From IMG/VR virus record IMGVR_UViG_3300025102_000038, positions 1 through 54,099 of that record: a stretch of 54,099 bases of DNA; one strand, 5' to 3'. A model generated the notes under the pieces. That model saw only the letters and a program-made list of their open reading frames with translations. It was not told the DNA's origin and made no database searches. The stretch comes from a virus. Taxonomy: Duplodnaviria > Caudoviricetes. Positions within the stretch are counted from its first letter, which is position 1; each line of letters begins with the position of its first letter. Of this stretch, positions 10,675-21,275 are shown in pieces. Position numbers and translations under genes: made by a program.

Positions 10675-12561
10675 TTAAGCTCCTATGTCCACTATCTCAC
10701 AACTGTCACCTGAACAGGCAAAAGTCTGAGAAGAGTTAGTGTTATCCTCTTTCTCGTAATCCGTAAATTTATTCCAATCAATATGACTGAACTTACTGCT
10801 AAAATCATTGTATACAGCTTCTGTACAGTCCTGATATGGTGCTTGCTGATAAGTATGATCGGAGTGTGGTAAGAAAGAAACACCTGACATCTCGTCAAAG
10901 TGTTTGAATACAAACGCACCCACATCCATCCACTCTTCATCACGCACTGATACAGTCACAGAGGGTTTATGCTCACACCAATGTCGCTGATAGAGAAGCC
11001 ACATCTCTAGCTGTTGGATAGCTGTCATGTCATTTCTGACTACAGACTTCTTTGGTGACTTCATTGGGAAGCTGAATACTGTCTGTGTATCAGGCTTCAT
11101 GAAGTCAGCTTCACTTGGTATGCCACTATCTTTCATGAAGTTAGTAAGAGGATCTTTATTATCACCCCTAACGGTACGAATATAATAATCGCTATGACGA
11201 GGGTGGATACCACTGCTTGAGTCCACAAGCTGTGATACTGTGCCACTGGGTTTGACACAGGTGATTGCTGTGCTTTGTGGGATTCCAAAGATGGCTGACC
11301 ATTCTTTGTTTGTTTCAACGGCAATTTCCCTGAGTGATGTAAGTGTCTTTTCAAGTCCATGTTTCTTTCCATTCGTTAATTCATTATCCATAATACCTGT
11401 AAGGCTGACCCCTAGAAGTCTCTCCTCTTCAGTATTCTTCTGCCATATCTTTCGCAAGTATGGGAACTTAGTGAGTGTAGCCTGTGCTGTGCCAAGTATA
11501 GTAGCAAGCATAACCTTCTTCTTCAAATCTTCAAACTTATCTTTCTCTCGTATTACAACCTCTGTAAGATTGCAGAACTGGTAGGGTCTAAGTATGATTT
11601 CACTGCAAGGATTACAACCAAACTCATGATCGGCATCTCTCCTGCCAAACTTCTTTGCTTGTTCCTTTGCAGATATTCTATTAAATATACCACGCTCTCC
11701 TGACTTAGACTCTACAAGAGATGTCCACTCACGTAGGAATGTTTCTCCGTCAGGCTTGTCGGTATACACAACAGAGTTATTGGACAGAGCCATCTGTGGT
11801 GCAGTCTCCCACCACTTGCCTGACTTGGCATGTCTCATGCGTTGGTCTGAGAGGTTAGATAAACTAATCATGGCAGATCTACGTACACCACCAGACACAA
11901 CAACTTCCCCAACCTTACACATTAGATTATGGCAGTCGTAGCTTGACAGCTTCTTGCCTTCATTCTGTCTGAACAAAGCTACAGTAAAATTAAACAGATC
12001 AATGAGAGGGGCAGGTCCACTGGCTCTACCACCGAACACTTTGAGTCTAGCACCTGCAGGTCTTACCTTTGACATGTCCCATACAGGAACTTCCCCCATA
12101 TACAGGTGTCCTATCAGCTTACGTAATGCTCTTGCCCATCCTTCTTTACTATCTTGTACCTGTATGCATGTGTCCACATGATCTAACTTCTGTGGTATCT
12201 CTGGTAGCTGAGACACATACTGTCTTTCAACAGAGAACCCCACACCTGTACCACACAATAATATATACATAGCTTCATCAAAAGCTTTTGGGTCATCAAC
12301 AGGCAGATAGCTACAGTTATATCCTGCTGTGTTATCTCTCTCAAGTGCAGGACCTGCAGTCATCAAAGCTCTCATAGAGGGCATAACATCTAAATTCTTT
12401 ATAGCAGAAAAGATCTGCTGTTTAGGTAGATGTCCCTTGACTTTATCAGTGATATAATCCACATACCTTTGCACAGTCTCTTCCCATGTTTCTCTTCTGT
12501 TTTCTTCATCAATCCATCTAGCGTATCTAGATATTGCAATAAATTTTTGATAATCATTCAT
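10675..12561 (-). CDS. nrdJ: class II (adenosylcobalamin-dependent) ribonucleotide reductase
   Basis: PSMRAL, YNCS, GTGVGFS, NPCSEI, CNLTEV, TCVKPSGT and C-terminal ACSGDSC; no small subunit gene. Confidence 0.92.
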   Translation of the reverse strand: MNDYQKFIAISRYARWIDEENRRETWEETVQRYVDYITDKVKGHLPKQQIFSAIKNLDVMPSMRALMTAGPALERDNTAGYNCSYLPVDDPKAFDEAMYILLCGTGVGFSVERQYVSQLPEIPQKLDHVDTCIQVQDSKEGWARALRKLIGHLYMGEVPVWDMSKVRPAGARLKVFGGRASGPAPLIDLFNFTVALFRQNEGKKLSSYDCHNLMCKVGEVVVSGGVRRSAMISLSNLSDQRMRHAKSGKWWETAPQMALSNNSVVYTDKPDGETFLREWTSLVESKSGERGIFNRISAKEQAKKFGRRDADHEFGCNPCSEIILRPYQFCNLTEVVIREKDKFEDLKKKVMLATILGTAQATLTKFPYLRKIWQKNTEEERLLGVSLTGIMDNELTNGKKHGLEKTLTSLREIAVETNKEWSAIFGIPQSTAITCVKPSGTVSQLVDSSSGIHPRHSDYYIRTVRGDNKDPLTNFMKDSGIPSEADFMKPDTQTVFSFPMKSPKKSVVRNDMTAIQQLEMWLLYQRHWCEHKPSVTVSVRDEEWMDVGAFVFKHFDEMSGVSFLPHSDHTYQQAPYQDCTEAVYNDFSSKFSHIDWNKFTDYEKEDNTNSSQTFACSGDSCEIVDIGA

Positions 12562-12562
12562 G

Positions 12563-12724
12563 TCAGTTCTCCATAGTTATTTTACAGTGTTTTATTTTCA
12601 ACCCATCAATATCGTAGATATACTCTTCTATTGCTTGTTGTAGTTCCTTAGTCACATCTCCATCAGCAGGTACAGGGTATTCTTCCTGATCAAGATCTAG
12701 GGTGAGGTATACTTTAACAACCAT
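12563..12724 (-). CDS. hypothetical protein (53 aa, not in ORF track)
   Basis: MVVKVYLTLDLDQEEYPVPADGDV...; fills the gap between neighbours. Confidence 0.65.
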   Translation of the reverse strand: MVVKVYLTLDLDQEEYPVPADGDVTKELQQAIEEYIYDIDGLKIKHCKITMEN

Positions 12725-13028
12725 CACTAAAGTCACTCAGTCCCTCAAGCAAATCAAGTTGCCCTGAACCTTCTTTCTTCTTTATCTCAAGAAGTCTACT
12801 GAGATACCACTGTGCTTTCTCAAGATCTTGAACACCATCCTTATATCGGTATCTCCAAAGGTATTTAATAATATTACCCTGCAAATAATATTCATATCCT
12901 TCTCCTGTAGCTGACTGGATAGCTTCAATACACTCAACACCATACTTGTTGTAATGTGGTGGACTGTTTACCATATCTTTATCCTTACAATTATTCATTT
13001 CCCATTTTGCCATATCATGCACTCCCAT
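12714..13028 (-). CDS. DUF3310-type (T7 gp1.7 nucleotide kinase-like) protein
   Basis: VNSPPHY...ECIEAI...GNIIKYLWRY..K.G.QDLEKA.WYL. Confidence 0.85.
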   Translation of the reverse strand: MGVHDMAKWEMNNCKDKDMVNSPPHYNKYGVECIEAIQSATGEGYEYYLQGNIIKYLWRYRYKDGVQDLEKAQWYLSRLLEIKKKEGSGQLDLLEGLSDFSDGC

Positions 13029-13410
13029 TATATTTACGGACCATTGATCTAAAGTCTACCTTAATAACGTTGTCATGTCTAGACATAATTGGTACAGGGA
13101 CATAAGGTTTATCACTCAAAGAGCTTTGTCTTTTTCTTTGCTCTTCATGTATCTCATCTTCTACTATTTTAAATACACGCTTAGAAAAATCTACGTCACT
13201 TCTAACCAGATCAATACCTACGAGACACATACGAGCAAAGAACATTAGCTCATTGTAATCATCATCGGACAATGGATTAGCAGGAGAATCTATTACAGAT
13301 AAATGCACATCTCCTGTCCAGTTGCCGTTGGAATCAAGGCTTGGTTGCATCCGTATGATTACGTCTTGGTCCTTTATGTTCATATGTAAATCTTTAAAAT
13401 CATTTGTCAT
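13015..13410 (-). CDS. hypothetical protein
   Basis: coupled ORF; C-terminal DNVIKVDF motif. Confidence 0.7.
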   Translation of the reverse strand: MTNDFKDLHMNIKDQDVIIRMQPSLDSNGNWTGDVHLSVIDSPANPLSDDDYNELMFFARMCLVGIDLVRSDVDFSKRVFKIVEDEIHEEQRKRQSSLSDKPYVPVPIMSRHDNVIKVDFRSMVRKYNGSA

Positions 13411-13870
13411 TAGTATAACTCCTTATAAATTTTGTACCAGAGAATTTTATTAACTCTGGGTGGTTGTTTTTTCCTTTCTCCTTTAGCCATGCTTCGGGAA
13501 TAATTCTGTCACTAAATAGAAATTTATTCTTGTCACACCACATAGCATATGAAGTCTTAGATCCTTTCTGTATCTTCCGTCTACTGCTTGTAAAAACAAA
13601 TCGTATGTCTAAACTAGGATGTTGCTTTTGTATACACACATGTTTGTATCTATCTGCAGGTGTAAATAATCCTTTCGTTTCTATTATAATACCATTAGGT
13701 AGTAAGAAATCAGGGGTGTATGTTCTATAGGCTAAGTCTTCCCACTCTATCTTGATACCCTCATAAATATATTTTATATTAAGAGAATCAAGAAAAGTAG
13801 AAAGACCTACCTCTAGACCACTACGATAGCCTAATCTTCGTGCTAGATTATATTTTCTACCACCGTACAC
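13400..13870 (-). CDS. T7 endonuclease I-like Holliday junction resolvase
   Basis: YRSGLE, YTPDF, IETKG, DIRFVF motifs; probable GTG start at 13870 after AAGGAG. Confidence 0.9.
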   Translation of the reverse strand: MYGGRKYNLARRLGYRSGLEVGLSTFLDSLNIKYIYEGIKIEWEDLAYRTYTPDFLLPNGIIIETKGLFTPADRYKHVCIQKQHPSLDIRFVFTSSRRKIQKGSKTSYAMWCDKNKFLFSDRIIPEAWLKEKGKNNHPELIKFSGTKFIRSYTNDK

Positions 13871-14733
13871 TATGCTATTTTCTCCTTTGCTATCTCTATA
13901 TAGGAAACGATCTTCGGTTCTTTTGCCTGAGACATAATAGATGGTAGCTCCTGCAGATCTTTCCAACAAGAATATTTATATCTACAGAATGAGCATGTAG
14001 ATCCTAAGATCTTATTACCTGTTGGCTTACCTCTGAACGTTTCTTCTACTGGTTCAAAACATCTTTTAAACTCGTTACTCTCTATTACATCTAAATTATT
14101 AGATAGTTTATCTACCTCTTTTGTCAAATCTAAACCATCGGCAGGTACATATTTAAAGCTACCATTTGCTTTATTTATCACCCACCACCCACCTGCTCTT
14201 TTGTTAAGAGCTTGTGCATACCCTGCCAACTGTCCCACGTAACCAAATGGATCTTCCTTGGCAAGAGTATCAAATGATTCAAACTTATTTCTATATGACC
14301 AATCAGATGCAGATTTAATATCGTCAACAGCATCGTCTATAACTATGTCATATGTGCCTTCTACCTTAGAATCAATAGCTAATTCCATAGATACTTTCTT
14401 AGAATCCTCATAAGCAACACCTGCCTGTCTGAGCAAACCCTTAAACACAGACTCAACTATGTCCCCCAACATCATGTTCATAACAAAGTTATTGGGAAGA
14501 GGTAAAGCTTTTTCAGGTTGGTTCTTCTCAAACCATAGCTGACAGGTAGGTCTGCCTACGTTAGACATCCTAATCCTGAACTCTTTCCTGCTATTCTTAG
14601 AGCCAAACTGACGGTGTAAGGCTTCCTTTATGTCTTTGCATATCTTATTGATATTCTTGCTAGACATAATGGCTTCACCGTCAGTGGCTTTCTCCAAGAA
14701 TCGGTGCAGTTGTAGTTCTGCCCTATGCTTCAT
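13870..14733 (-). CDS. PD-(D/E)XK / Cas4-like exonuclease
   Basis: RMSNVGRPTCQLW, GTYD...DDIKS, GY..QL..Y, CSFCRYK..CW. Confidence 0.8.
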   Translation of the reverse strand: MKHRAELQLHRFLEKATDGEAIMSSKNINKICKDIKEALHRQFGSKNSRKEFRIRMSNVGRPTCQLWFEKNQPEKALPLPNNFVMNMMLGDIVESVFKGLLRQAGVAYEDSKKVSMELAIDSKVEGTYDIVIDDAVDDIKSASDWSYRNKFESFDTLAKEDPFGYVGQLAGYAQALNKRAGGWWVINKANGSFKYVPADGLDLTKEVDKLSNNLDVIESNEFKRCFEPVEETFRGKPTGNKILGSTCSFCRYKYSCWKDLQELPSIMSQAKEPKIVSYIEIAKEKIA

Positions 14734-14734
14734 G

Positions 14735-15649
14735 CTACTGCACCTTCTCGCTGTCACTGGTTATATCAATAAAATTTTCAACAACAGCAGCATCCACTTC
14801 CTCGTGGGTATGTACATTCTCATCCCAAAGGTTGATTATGTACTGGTTGTAGTTTGTAACCCACGCTAGAAGGTTGGCGAATAGCTCTTGATCCTTGTCA
14901 GATGTTTCAATCTTACTGGTCAAGTCTAGCCTTGTGCTAGGAACATAGTAGCTGTTACCATTTGGCAACTTTCGTTCCTCTGATGAAGCAAACATGAGAT
15001 GATTTAAAGGATACCGTTTCATCTTGCCAAGCTTATCAAACACAGTACCCACTGTCTTGAAAGCTTCCTTGTTGTCAATCTCCCATATGAAAGGGACATG
15101 ACCTAGATCAGCATCAGTAACTGACCCACCTTCAACTCTCATGGCACGATCAAACTTAGCCAAACCAAACACTACACGCACACGCTTGATCTGTCTAATT
15201 AGATCTTTCTGCTTGTCAGGCAAGGCATCAAAATCCTTGACATAACCTGCAGGTTTACCACAGTTGTGACCACCATCGTTATCCTTGAGATCAATGTTAA
15301 GATTATCAGCCATGATAGTCTTGACATATCTGTTGGGTGTATCGTCATTACCCTTGATAAATCTCTTATACATAAAGCGTTGCATAAAAGGTCTGATCTC
15401 AATATCAGACTGGTAGTAGGTGGCATCATCAGGCACATCCAACTTGTAAGAACCACTAGGAACTTGCTCAACGTTTACTGACTTACCATTTATTTCTGTC
15501 GATCCCATGATAGGTGTGTGGTTCAACCGTAGCCTAGCTAACTGATTAGCAGACTTCTTCTCCACATCGGTGGATGCAGTTACAGTTGAAAGACCCATAG
15601 CTTTCGCCATCTCATCAAAGTTATTATTTATAGATACTACTTCATTCAT
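14735..15649 (-). CDS. probable ssDNA-binding / recombination protein
   Basis: position between polymerase and exonuclease, acidic C-terminus, own promoter. Confidence 0.55.
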   Translation of the reverse strand: MNEVVSINNNFDEMAKAMGLSTVTASTDVEKKSANQLARLRLNHTPIMGSTEINGKSVNVEQVPSGSYKLDVPDDATYYQSDIEIRPFMQRFMYKRFIKGNDDTPNRYVKTIMADNLNIDLKDNDGGHNCGKPAGYVKDFDALPDKQKDLIRQIKRVRVVFGLAKFDRAMRVEGGSVTDADLGHVPFIWEIDNKEAFKTVGTVFDKLGKMKRYPLNHLMFASSEERKLPNGNSYYVPSTRLDLTSKIETSDKDQELFANLLAWVTNYNQYIINLWDENVHTHEEVDAAVVENFIDITSDSEKVQ

Positions 15650-15683
15650 ATATATTCTCCTTATAATTTAAAAAAGTGTTATA

Positions 15684-15712
15684 GTTATACCATCATACAT
15701 CTTTAGTGTCAA
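15684..15712 (-). promoter_or_regulatory. sigma70-type promoter for the SSB-like gene
   Basis: minus strand TTGACA-17 nt-TATAAC with extended -10 TG. Confidence 0.7.
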
Positions 15713-17726
15713 GCCAGTTGTCACCTATTTTTGCATCTAATTTCAAAGGTACATTAAAGTCTATATCCCAACGTGTATCAATGATAGATTTCATTGAACT
15801 ATTAATACTATTTACTATGTTTAGAACATCATCCACTTCGTCAGGATGAACATCTATTACTATTGAATCATGCACAGTGTTCACTATGCAACTATTCATA
15901 TTCATGAGCATGTTATCAAAAGTCATGAGAATTAGTGGCACTATATCTGCTGTAGCAAATGCTTGCACAGGATAGTTCTTTATCTGAGTGAAGTGAGACA
16001 CAGTGCCATTGTTCTTTCTAGCGACATCAGGAAAAGCAAATGAACGACCAGACGGTATTCTTATACGACCTGTCTGTACGGCTTCATTGCCTAACTGCTT
16101 GTGCCAATCGGACACACCCTTGTACTTTCTACCAAACTGCTCGTAGTACATAGCTTCTGCTTCAGATCTGCCAAACCCTGTAGCACCATACAGAGGTGCA
16201 AAGGTGTGTGCCTTTGCTTCTTGCCTAGACGTAGGTTGCCCTGCGTTTGTGATGACCTGTGCTGTGTAGCTGTGGACATCAAAGCCTTCGCTTATCTCCT
16301 GCATTGCTACTTCGTCCTGTGATAAATAGGCAGCAGTTCTAAACTCTAGCTGTGCAAAGTCAGCTTCAAGTATCTTACCACCTTCCCATCGGGACACAAA
16401 GATCTTCTTTACAGGAAACGTACCACCTCTGGGCATGTTCTGCATGTTTGGATCTGCACCACTGAAGCGTCCTGTAGAGGTGCGATGTTGCAGTAGTCTA
16501 ACGTGTAGCTTACCGTCAGCTTTGGTGTAGGTAGATATACCCTCAACAAAACTAGAGAGATAGGTATCTAGAGCAGACAGTCTGCGAACATTCTTGAGGA
16601 ACAACTCTGCCTTGGTATTACCTGTACGCTTGGCATGATGTTCTAATATTTCTAAGTTTACTTTGTTTGTGCTGAAGCCGTTAGCACTGACCCACTTAGG
16701 ACTAGGTGGTGTAAAGCGTAACCCTGCCATCTGTGGTCTGTTCTTGTACACCCAACCTGATTCGTTACAGGTAGTACACTTGTTAGGTTTCTTGTAAGGT
16801 GTACCATCCTTTCTTACTTTGGTTATCTTACCCCGACCCTTACAAGTTGGACATGTGTTGGCTGTAACTTTATATACAACGTTTGAGTGCATATCAACTA
16901 GACCGTTGAACAATGACTTGTCCATGTATGGTTCAAAGTAATTAGCCCACATAGATTTGTCTTTTGGTTTACGGCTGTAGATAACCCACGACAACTGCTC
17001 TGGACTATTAAGATTGATAGGTCTGTCACCCATGAGATCACGAACCTGTTGGCTGAGATCATTCCATATACTCACCTTCTCCTTCTCAAACTCCTTGCGA
17101 ACCTCGTCTAGTTTCTTGGAGTCCACACTGAATCCACGTTGATATATCTTACACAAGCACACGGCAACCATGTTGGTATGTGTAACTGTATCCATAAGAT
17201 CAGCATCACCGTTGGTTAGCCTTTGATGTATCTTGTTTGATAGGTCATATGTAGCTCTGATATCGTGTAGCAGGTAGTCTGATAACTCTTGATGTGGGAT
17301 CTCAGATACAAGTATACCACGCTGAAAGTAACTCTTCATTGTATCCTGCTTTTTATTATCTAGATCGTATCGTTCAGCACATTGCTCCAAGGATAGTGGT
17401 TGCTTCTGTCCACGCTGTAGCACATACTCACCTAGCATAGTATCAAATACGACACCATCATACTTGAACCCCGACTCCCACAACCAAATCAAATCGTGAG
17501 CTACGTTATGACATACAAGCACAGTAGTTTTATCTAACTGCTCCTGCACCATAGCATGACCGTTAGGTGTAGGTGGGGCATATGCATGGTCAAACGTAAC
17601 TATTCTCTCCCAGTTATCTGTCTTCATGCCTACCATAACTAAACTATTCTCAGGCTCAAAGGGATCTAGGTGTAGCTTGTCATTACGCTTGATCACATTA
17701 TTTTCTATGTCTAATATTAATCTCAT
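15693..17726 (-). CDS. polA: family A DNA polymerase with inserted DnaJ-type zinc-finger
   Basis: 3'-5' exo DIE/HN..HD; TGRFS, DFAQLEFR, AKAHTFAPLYG, VHDS; insert CPTCKGRG...CTTCNESG. Confidence 0.95.
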   Translation of the reverse strand: MRLILDIENNVIKRNDKLHLDPFEPENSLVMVGMKTDNWERIVTFDHAYAPPTPNGHAMVQEQLDKTTVLVCHNVAHDLIWLWESGFKYDGVVFDTMLGEYVLQRGQKQPLSLEQCAERYDLDNKKQDTMKSYFQRGILVSEIPHQELSDYLLHDIRATYDLSNKIHQRLTNGDADLMDTVTHTNMVAVCLCKIYQRGFSVDSKKLDEVRKEFEKEKVSIWNDLSQQVRDLMGDRPINLNSPEQLSWVIYSRKPKDKSMWANYFEPYMDKSLFNGLVDMHSNVVYKVTANTCPTCKGRGKITKVRKDGTPYKKPNKCTTCNESGWVYKNRPQMAGLRFTPPSPKWVSANGFSTNKVNLEILEHHAKRTGNTKAELFLKNVRRLSALDTYLSSFVEGISTYTKADGKLHVRLLQHRTSTGRFSGADPNMQNMPRGGTFPVKKIFVSRWEGGKILEADFAQLEFRTAAYLSQDEVAMQEISEGFDVHSYTAQVITNAGQPTSRQEAKAHTFAPLYGATGFGRSEAEAMYYEQFGRKYKGVSDWHKQLGNEAVQTGRIRIPSGRSFAFPDVARKNNGTVSHFTQIKNYPVQAFATADIVPLILMTFDNMLMNMNSCIVNTVHDSIVIDVHPDEVDDVLNIVNSINSSMKSIIDTRWDIDFNVPLKLDAKIGDNWLDTKDV

Positions 17727-18211
17727 ACGTTGTCCTTCAAACTTACTAACTCAGCTTCTCCGTATGGTATATGGAAAAAGTGTTCCTTCCTACCTACATT
17801 GCCAAGCCATATTTCTTTTATACATTCTTGCGTCATCTGATAGTCTTTTATTCTCCAAGCGAACTCACAGTCCCTCCTTATAACATAGAAGTTAAAGAAA
17901 GCATCCTTGTCGTTCATCTCTCTAAACTTATTTACGAGTTTTATTTTACGATGTGGTATACGTATCTCCTTCCATGTGGGATTCCAATCTCCAGTCCACT
18001 GGTTCTTCATCTCTACCTCAGAATAATACCTGTGTCCATTCTTTTCTGAACTTATATCAAAAGAGTAGTTCTCACCTGATGATATATTTACATGTCCATT
18101 ACGTTCTAAATAATCAATCACAATCTGTTTAGCCTTGCCATCGTTCTCCTTGTATGAGCTAGGCTGAAAGCGTCTATGAAACGCACCTTTTACTGGTTCT
18201 AATCTATTCAT
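17723..18211 (-). CDS. PD-(D/E)XK nuclease-fold protein
   Basis: FDI...EVEMK catalytic-like pattern. Confidence 0.55.
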   Translation of the reverse strand: MNRLEPVKGAFHRRFQPSSYKENDGKAKQIVIDYLERNGHVNISSGENYSFDISSEKNGHRYYSEVEMKNQWTGDWNPTWKEIRIPHRKIKLVNKFREMNDKDAFFNFYVIRRDCEFAWRIKDYQMTQECIKEIWLGNVGRKEHFFHIPYGEAELVSLKDNV

Positions 18212-19431
18212 GCTGAGTACCTCGCTGTGTATGGGTCTAGCTCACAGACAATCTTGCCATGCCAACCAGACAGTTTGTTTTTTACAACGTTGATATGTCT
18301 CTGTGGGGATTGTTCTTCCTCACCTTCAACGTCAGGGTTCTTGGCTAGTAGTAGCATCAGATCTGCTTCTGCAGCTTTACCTGTTCTACTACCTTCCATC
18401 ATGGCTTGGTTGAGTACAACCTTGCCTTCTGCTTCAGCAGATAGCTGTGACATGTAAAATATGGCACAACCATACTGCTTGGCTATCATACGAGCATAGA
18501 TAGCATTTGCTTTCAGAGCTTCGTCTTGTCGAGCAAACCCTGCTGTCTTAGCAAACTTATCGCCCATATCTAGCACAACTATATCGGGTCTGTGTGACTT
18601 AGCCACACTCTCAACCCATGTCATATCACGACCAGTGCAATCAATCATCTCTATATTCTGACGCACTGTAGCATACTTCTCCTGTGTAAGCTGTGGATTC
18701 TTGACTATCTGTTCTTGTGTCATGCCTGTGCTTGCAGTTAAATATCTAATACCAACTCTATGTACTGCTTCCTCGTTACAGAGGATGACACACTTAGCAC
18801 CCTGCCTAGCAAAACCATTCTGTCCTGCTATCATGGATGCATGAAAAGATGTTTTACCTGTGTTAGGTCTAGCTCCAACCTCTATCAGGTGACCCTCGTT
18901 TACACCCTCAATCTTACGTGTAAGACTTGGTATATTGAATGTCCACCTTGCTTCCATAGCATTTTTAGCAAGCAATGTCTCCATAGATATATCTGCCCAC
19001 TCTACATTGAGTGTAGGTATGAAGTCATCGCCATACTGCTCTAACATATTACGTAGTGGCTCAAGACTTGACTTGCTACCATTGACGTAATCAAAACCTA
19101 AGTTAGCTATCTCTTCACCCACAACCTGCTGAAACAACTTGGATAACACCTCTTGTGCTACATCATTACCGAGTGGTTGTTCCTTCTTGATACGAACAAA
19201 GAAGTCACCGTATGCTTGCTTCTGTGCTGTGGTCATTGTTGGATTATTAGCCAAGAACAGTGCTTCAACCTCATCAGGTGTTACTGATCTATTGTACCGT
19301 TGCATGGCATAATCAATAGAGTTTTTGATCTTACGTAAATCCTTGCTAAATAACTTATCGGGACAACGTATACCTCTATGTTCATCATAGAAGTCTTTCT
19401 TCATTAGACTACGTATTAATGCTATTTCCAT
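18208..19431 (-). CDS. SF4 (DnaB-like) replicative helicase
   Basis: Walker A GARPNTGKT, VVLDMGD, SQLS, EADL, KNK motifs. Confidence 0.92.
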   Translation of the reverse strand: MEIALIRSLMKKDFYDEHRGIRCPDKLFSKDLRKIKNSIDYAMQRYNRSVTPDEVEALFLANNPTMTTAQKQAYGDFFVRIKKEQPLGNDVAQEVLSKLFQQVVGEEIANLGFDYVNGSKSSLEPLRNMLEQYGDDFIPTLNVEWADISMETLLAKNAMEARWTFNIPSLTRKIEGVNEGHLIEVGARPNTGKTSFHASMIAGQNGFARQGAKCVILCNEEAVHRVGIRYLTASTGMTQEQIVKNPQLTQEKYATVRQNIEMIDCTGRDMTWVESVAKSHRPDIVVLDMGDKFAKTAGFARQDEALKANAIYARMIAKQYGCAIFYMSQLSAEAEGKVVLNQAMMEGSRTGKAAEADLMLLLAKNPDVEGEEEQSPQRHINVVKNKLSGWHGKIVCELDPYTARYSA

Positions 19432-20194
19432 TTATTTGTTCTCCTATTGCTGTTAGTTTTTCAATGTCGTTAGGACGTCTGTACTTCAGGTCATCGGTTA
19501 ATCGTAATACTCGTACATCATTTACAATACTTTTTAATTCTCTAAAAAATTCCATAGCTTTTGTTAGTGCATCGGGGTCTAAAGCTATAACTGCTGAAGA
19601 GAACTGTGACAAGTACCTCTTGTGTATATCAGACAGGGATGTGCCTAACACAGCAACCCCAACATACACATCACTGCCTACAACTACGGCACTGACACAG
19701 TCCTCAACAACTACAGCGACCTTACCACATCCAGATGTGAATGGCAAGCCACTATTCCCATATTTTTTCCATTTAGGTAAACTATTTCTCAAGCTCCTAC
19801 CTACAGCATCTACCACTATACCATCATGCACAATCGGAAACACAGCCCTGTTATCTTTTACATCGTGGTGTAGCCCCCACTCGTCAATGCCAAACCTAGA
19901 TGTAAACCCAGTAATCTCACGCTGCCCCTTGTATGGCACAATGTATTCAGGCATGGTAAACATTTCTTTATCTTTCTCTTTCTTGGAGAAGGCATTACGG
20001 ATATCCTTGATAGACATGTGTACAGGTTTAGATCCTGATATATTACACGATGCCTTGTAGCAGTTCCAAAGCAGTCTACCCATATTGTTCGTGGCAGTGA
20101 AGGTTTTGTATCCACCACACTCAGGACAGTTCATTCTTTTTGTTTCACCATTATCTATATTTATATCATTTATAATGTTATATATATTATACAT
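19409..20194 (-). CDS. DNA primase (Zn finger plus TOPRIM)
   Basis: CPECGG...WNCYKASC; VVVEDCVSA; ALDPDA; AGGAG RBS before ATG at 20194. Confidence 0.9.
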   Translation of the reverse strand: MYNIYNIINDINIDNGETKRMNCPECGGYKTFTATNNMGRLLWNCYKASCNISGSKPVHMSIKDIRNAFSKKEKDKEMFTMPEYIVPYKGQREITGFTSRFGIDEWGLHHDVKDNRAVFPIVHDGIVVDAVGRSLRNSLPKWKKYGNSGLPFTSGCGKVAVVVEDCVSAVVVGSDVYVGVAVLGTSLSDIHKRYLSQFSSAVIALDPDALTKAMEFFRELKSIVNDVRVLRLTDDLKYRRPNDIEKLTAIGEQINGNSINT

Positions 20195-21275
20195 TGTATT
20201 TACTCCTTGTATTGAGAGCGTTCTTAGCACTCTCGTATGTGTGTTTCATGTATGGCTTTACTGACTGCACGTTTGTATGTCCAGTTACAGACATAACTTG
20301 CCCCATCGGGACACCACTGTCAATCATTTCTGTTACACCTGTCCTTCTTAGATCCATAAGTCTGAGTTCATCGGGCAGTTCTATCTCTCTCATTATCCGT
20401 CTGCCTTTCTTAGATACACCCTCTAGTGTGTATGGATTATATTCTCCATTGACAGGTCTTACGTTAGGTGCTACATATTGTTGGAATCCATAGTCTTCGT
20501 TCTGTTGTAGTAGCATGTCATATAAACTATCTGTTATCGGTAGGTACACTTTAGATCTACGCTTTGATTGTTCTAGCGTCAGCTTGCCCTTGTCTAGGTC
20601 AAGGTTATCCCATCGTAGCATTCTCATGTCTCCGATTCTCTGACACCATTCGTATGCCATGTGTACTATCAGTCCAACACTTCTGTACTCAAAGTAGGCG
20701 TAAGCATAGTCAAGAAATTGACGCACCTGTTCTTTATCCCATACAACTCTGCGTGGCTTGGGTGACTTACGTCTTATATTAGAAAATGGATTGTGATTTC
20801 CATACTCCATCTCAGATGCGTAGTTATATATTCGTGATGCTGTACTGCAAATGTGGTTAGCAAAAACTACACCACGTTTTACCCACACCTCGTATGTCCT
20901 CTTTGCTAGTCTAGCTGAGACAGTATGCCACTTCTTATTACCCAAACTGTCACATAATATCTTAATAAAGTATATGTAATCAGCTTTAGTACTGTCTCGT
21001 AAGGCTTTGAAATCATTAGACAATAAGTAGTTGTCACATAATTGTGACAGAGTAGTAGATCTATTAACTGTTATCTCTGTAAATTTTTCTTTACGATAGT
21101 CATCAATTAAACTGTTTAGATAACGTGCAGTCTTCTTAGCTCCTGCCAGATCATAGCCTAACTCTCTACGAGACACAACTCCAATGTCAATAAGTTGACG
21201 AGGGGGATTGAACCTGTAAGACTTGATGCCTTTGGGTGTGTGTCTTTGCTGCATGTATCGTAGTAGTTTCGTCAT
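20187..21275 (-). CDS. tyrosine recombinase/integrase
   Basis: QRIGD (R), QSK (K), DLRRT (H replaced by D), GHT, PY catalytic Tyr. Confidence 0.88.
   Translation of the reverse strand: MTKLLRYMQQRHTPKGIKSYRFNPPRQLIDIGVVSRRELGYDLAGAKKTARYLNSLIDDYRKEKFTEITVNRSTTLSQLCDNYLLSNDFKALRDSTKADYIYFIKILCDSLGNKKWHTVSARLAKRTYEVWVKRGVVFANHICSTASRIYNYASEMEYGNHNPFSNIRRKSPKPRRVVWDKEQVRQFLDYAYAYFEYRSVGLIVHMAYEWCQRIGDMRMLRWDNLDLDKGKLTLEQSKRRSKVYLPITDSLYDMLLQQNEDYGFQQYVAPNVRPVNGEYNPYTLEGVSKKGRRIMREIELPDELRLMDLRRTGVTEMIDSGVPMGQVMSVTGHTNVQSVKPYMKHTYESAKNALNTRSKYNV

Noticed and set aside
13870-14733. Cas4 as part of a CRISPR system
   Set aside because: Typical standalone phage replication exonuclease; no array or other cas genes
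19419-20060. Long antisense ORFs (for example 213 aa opposite primase, 157 aa at 34365-34838)
   Set aside because: Shadow frames of well-supported genes
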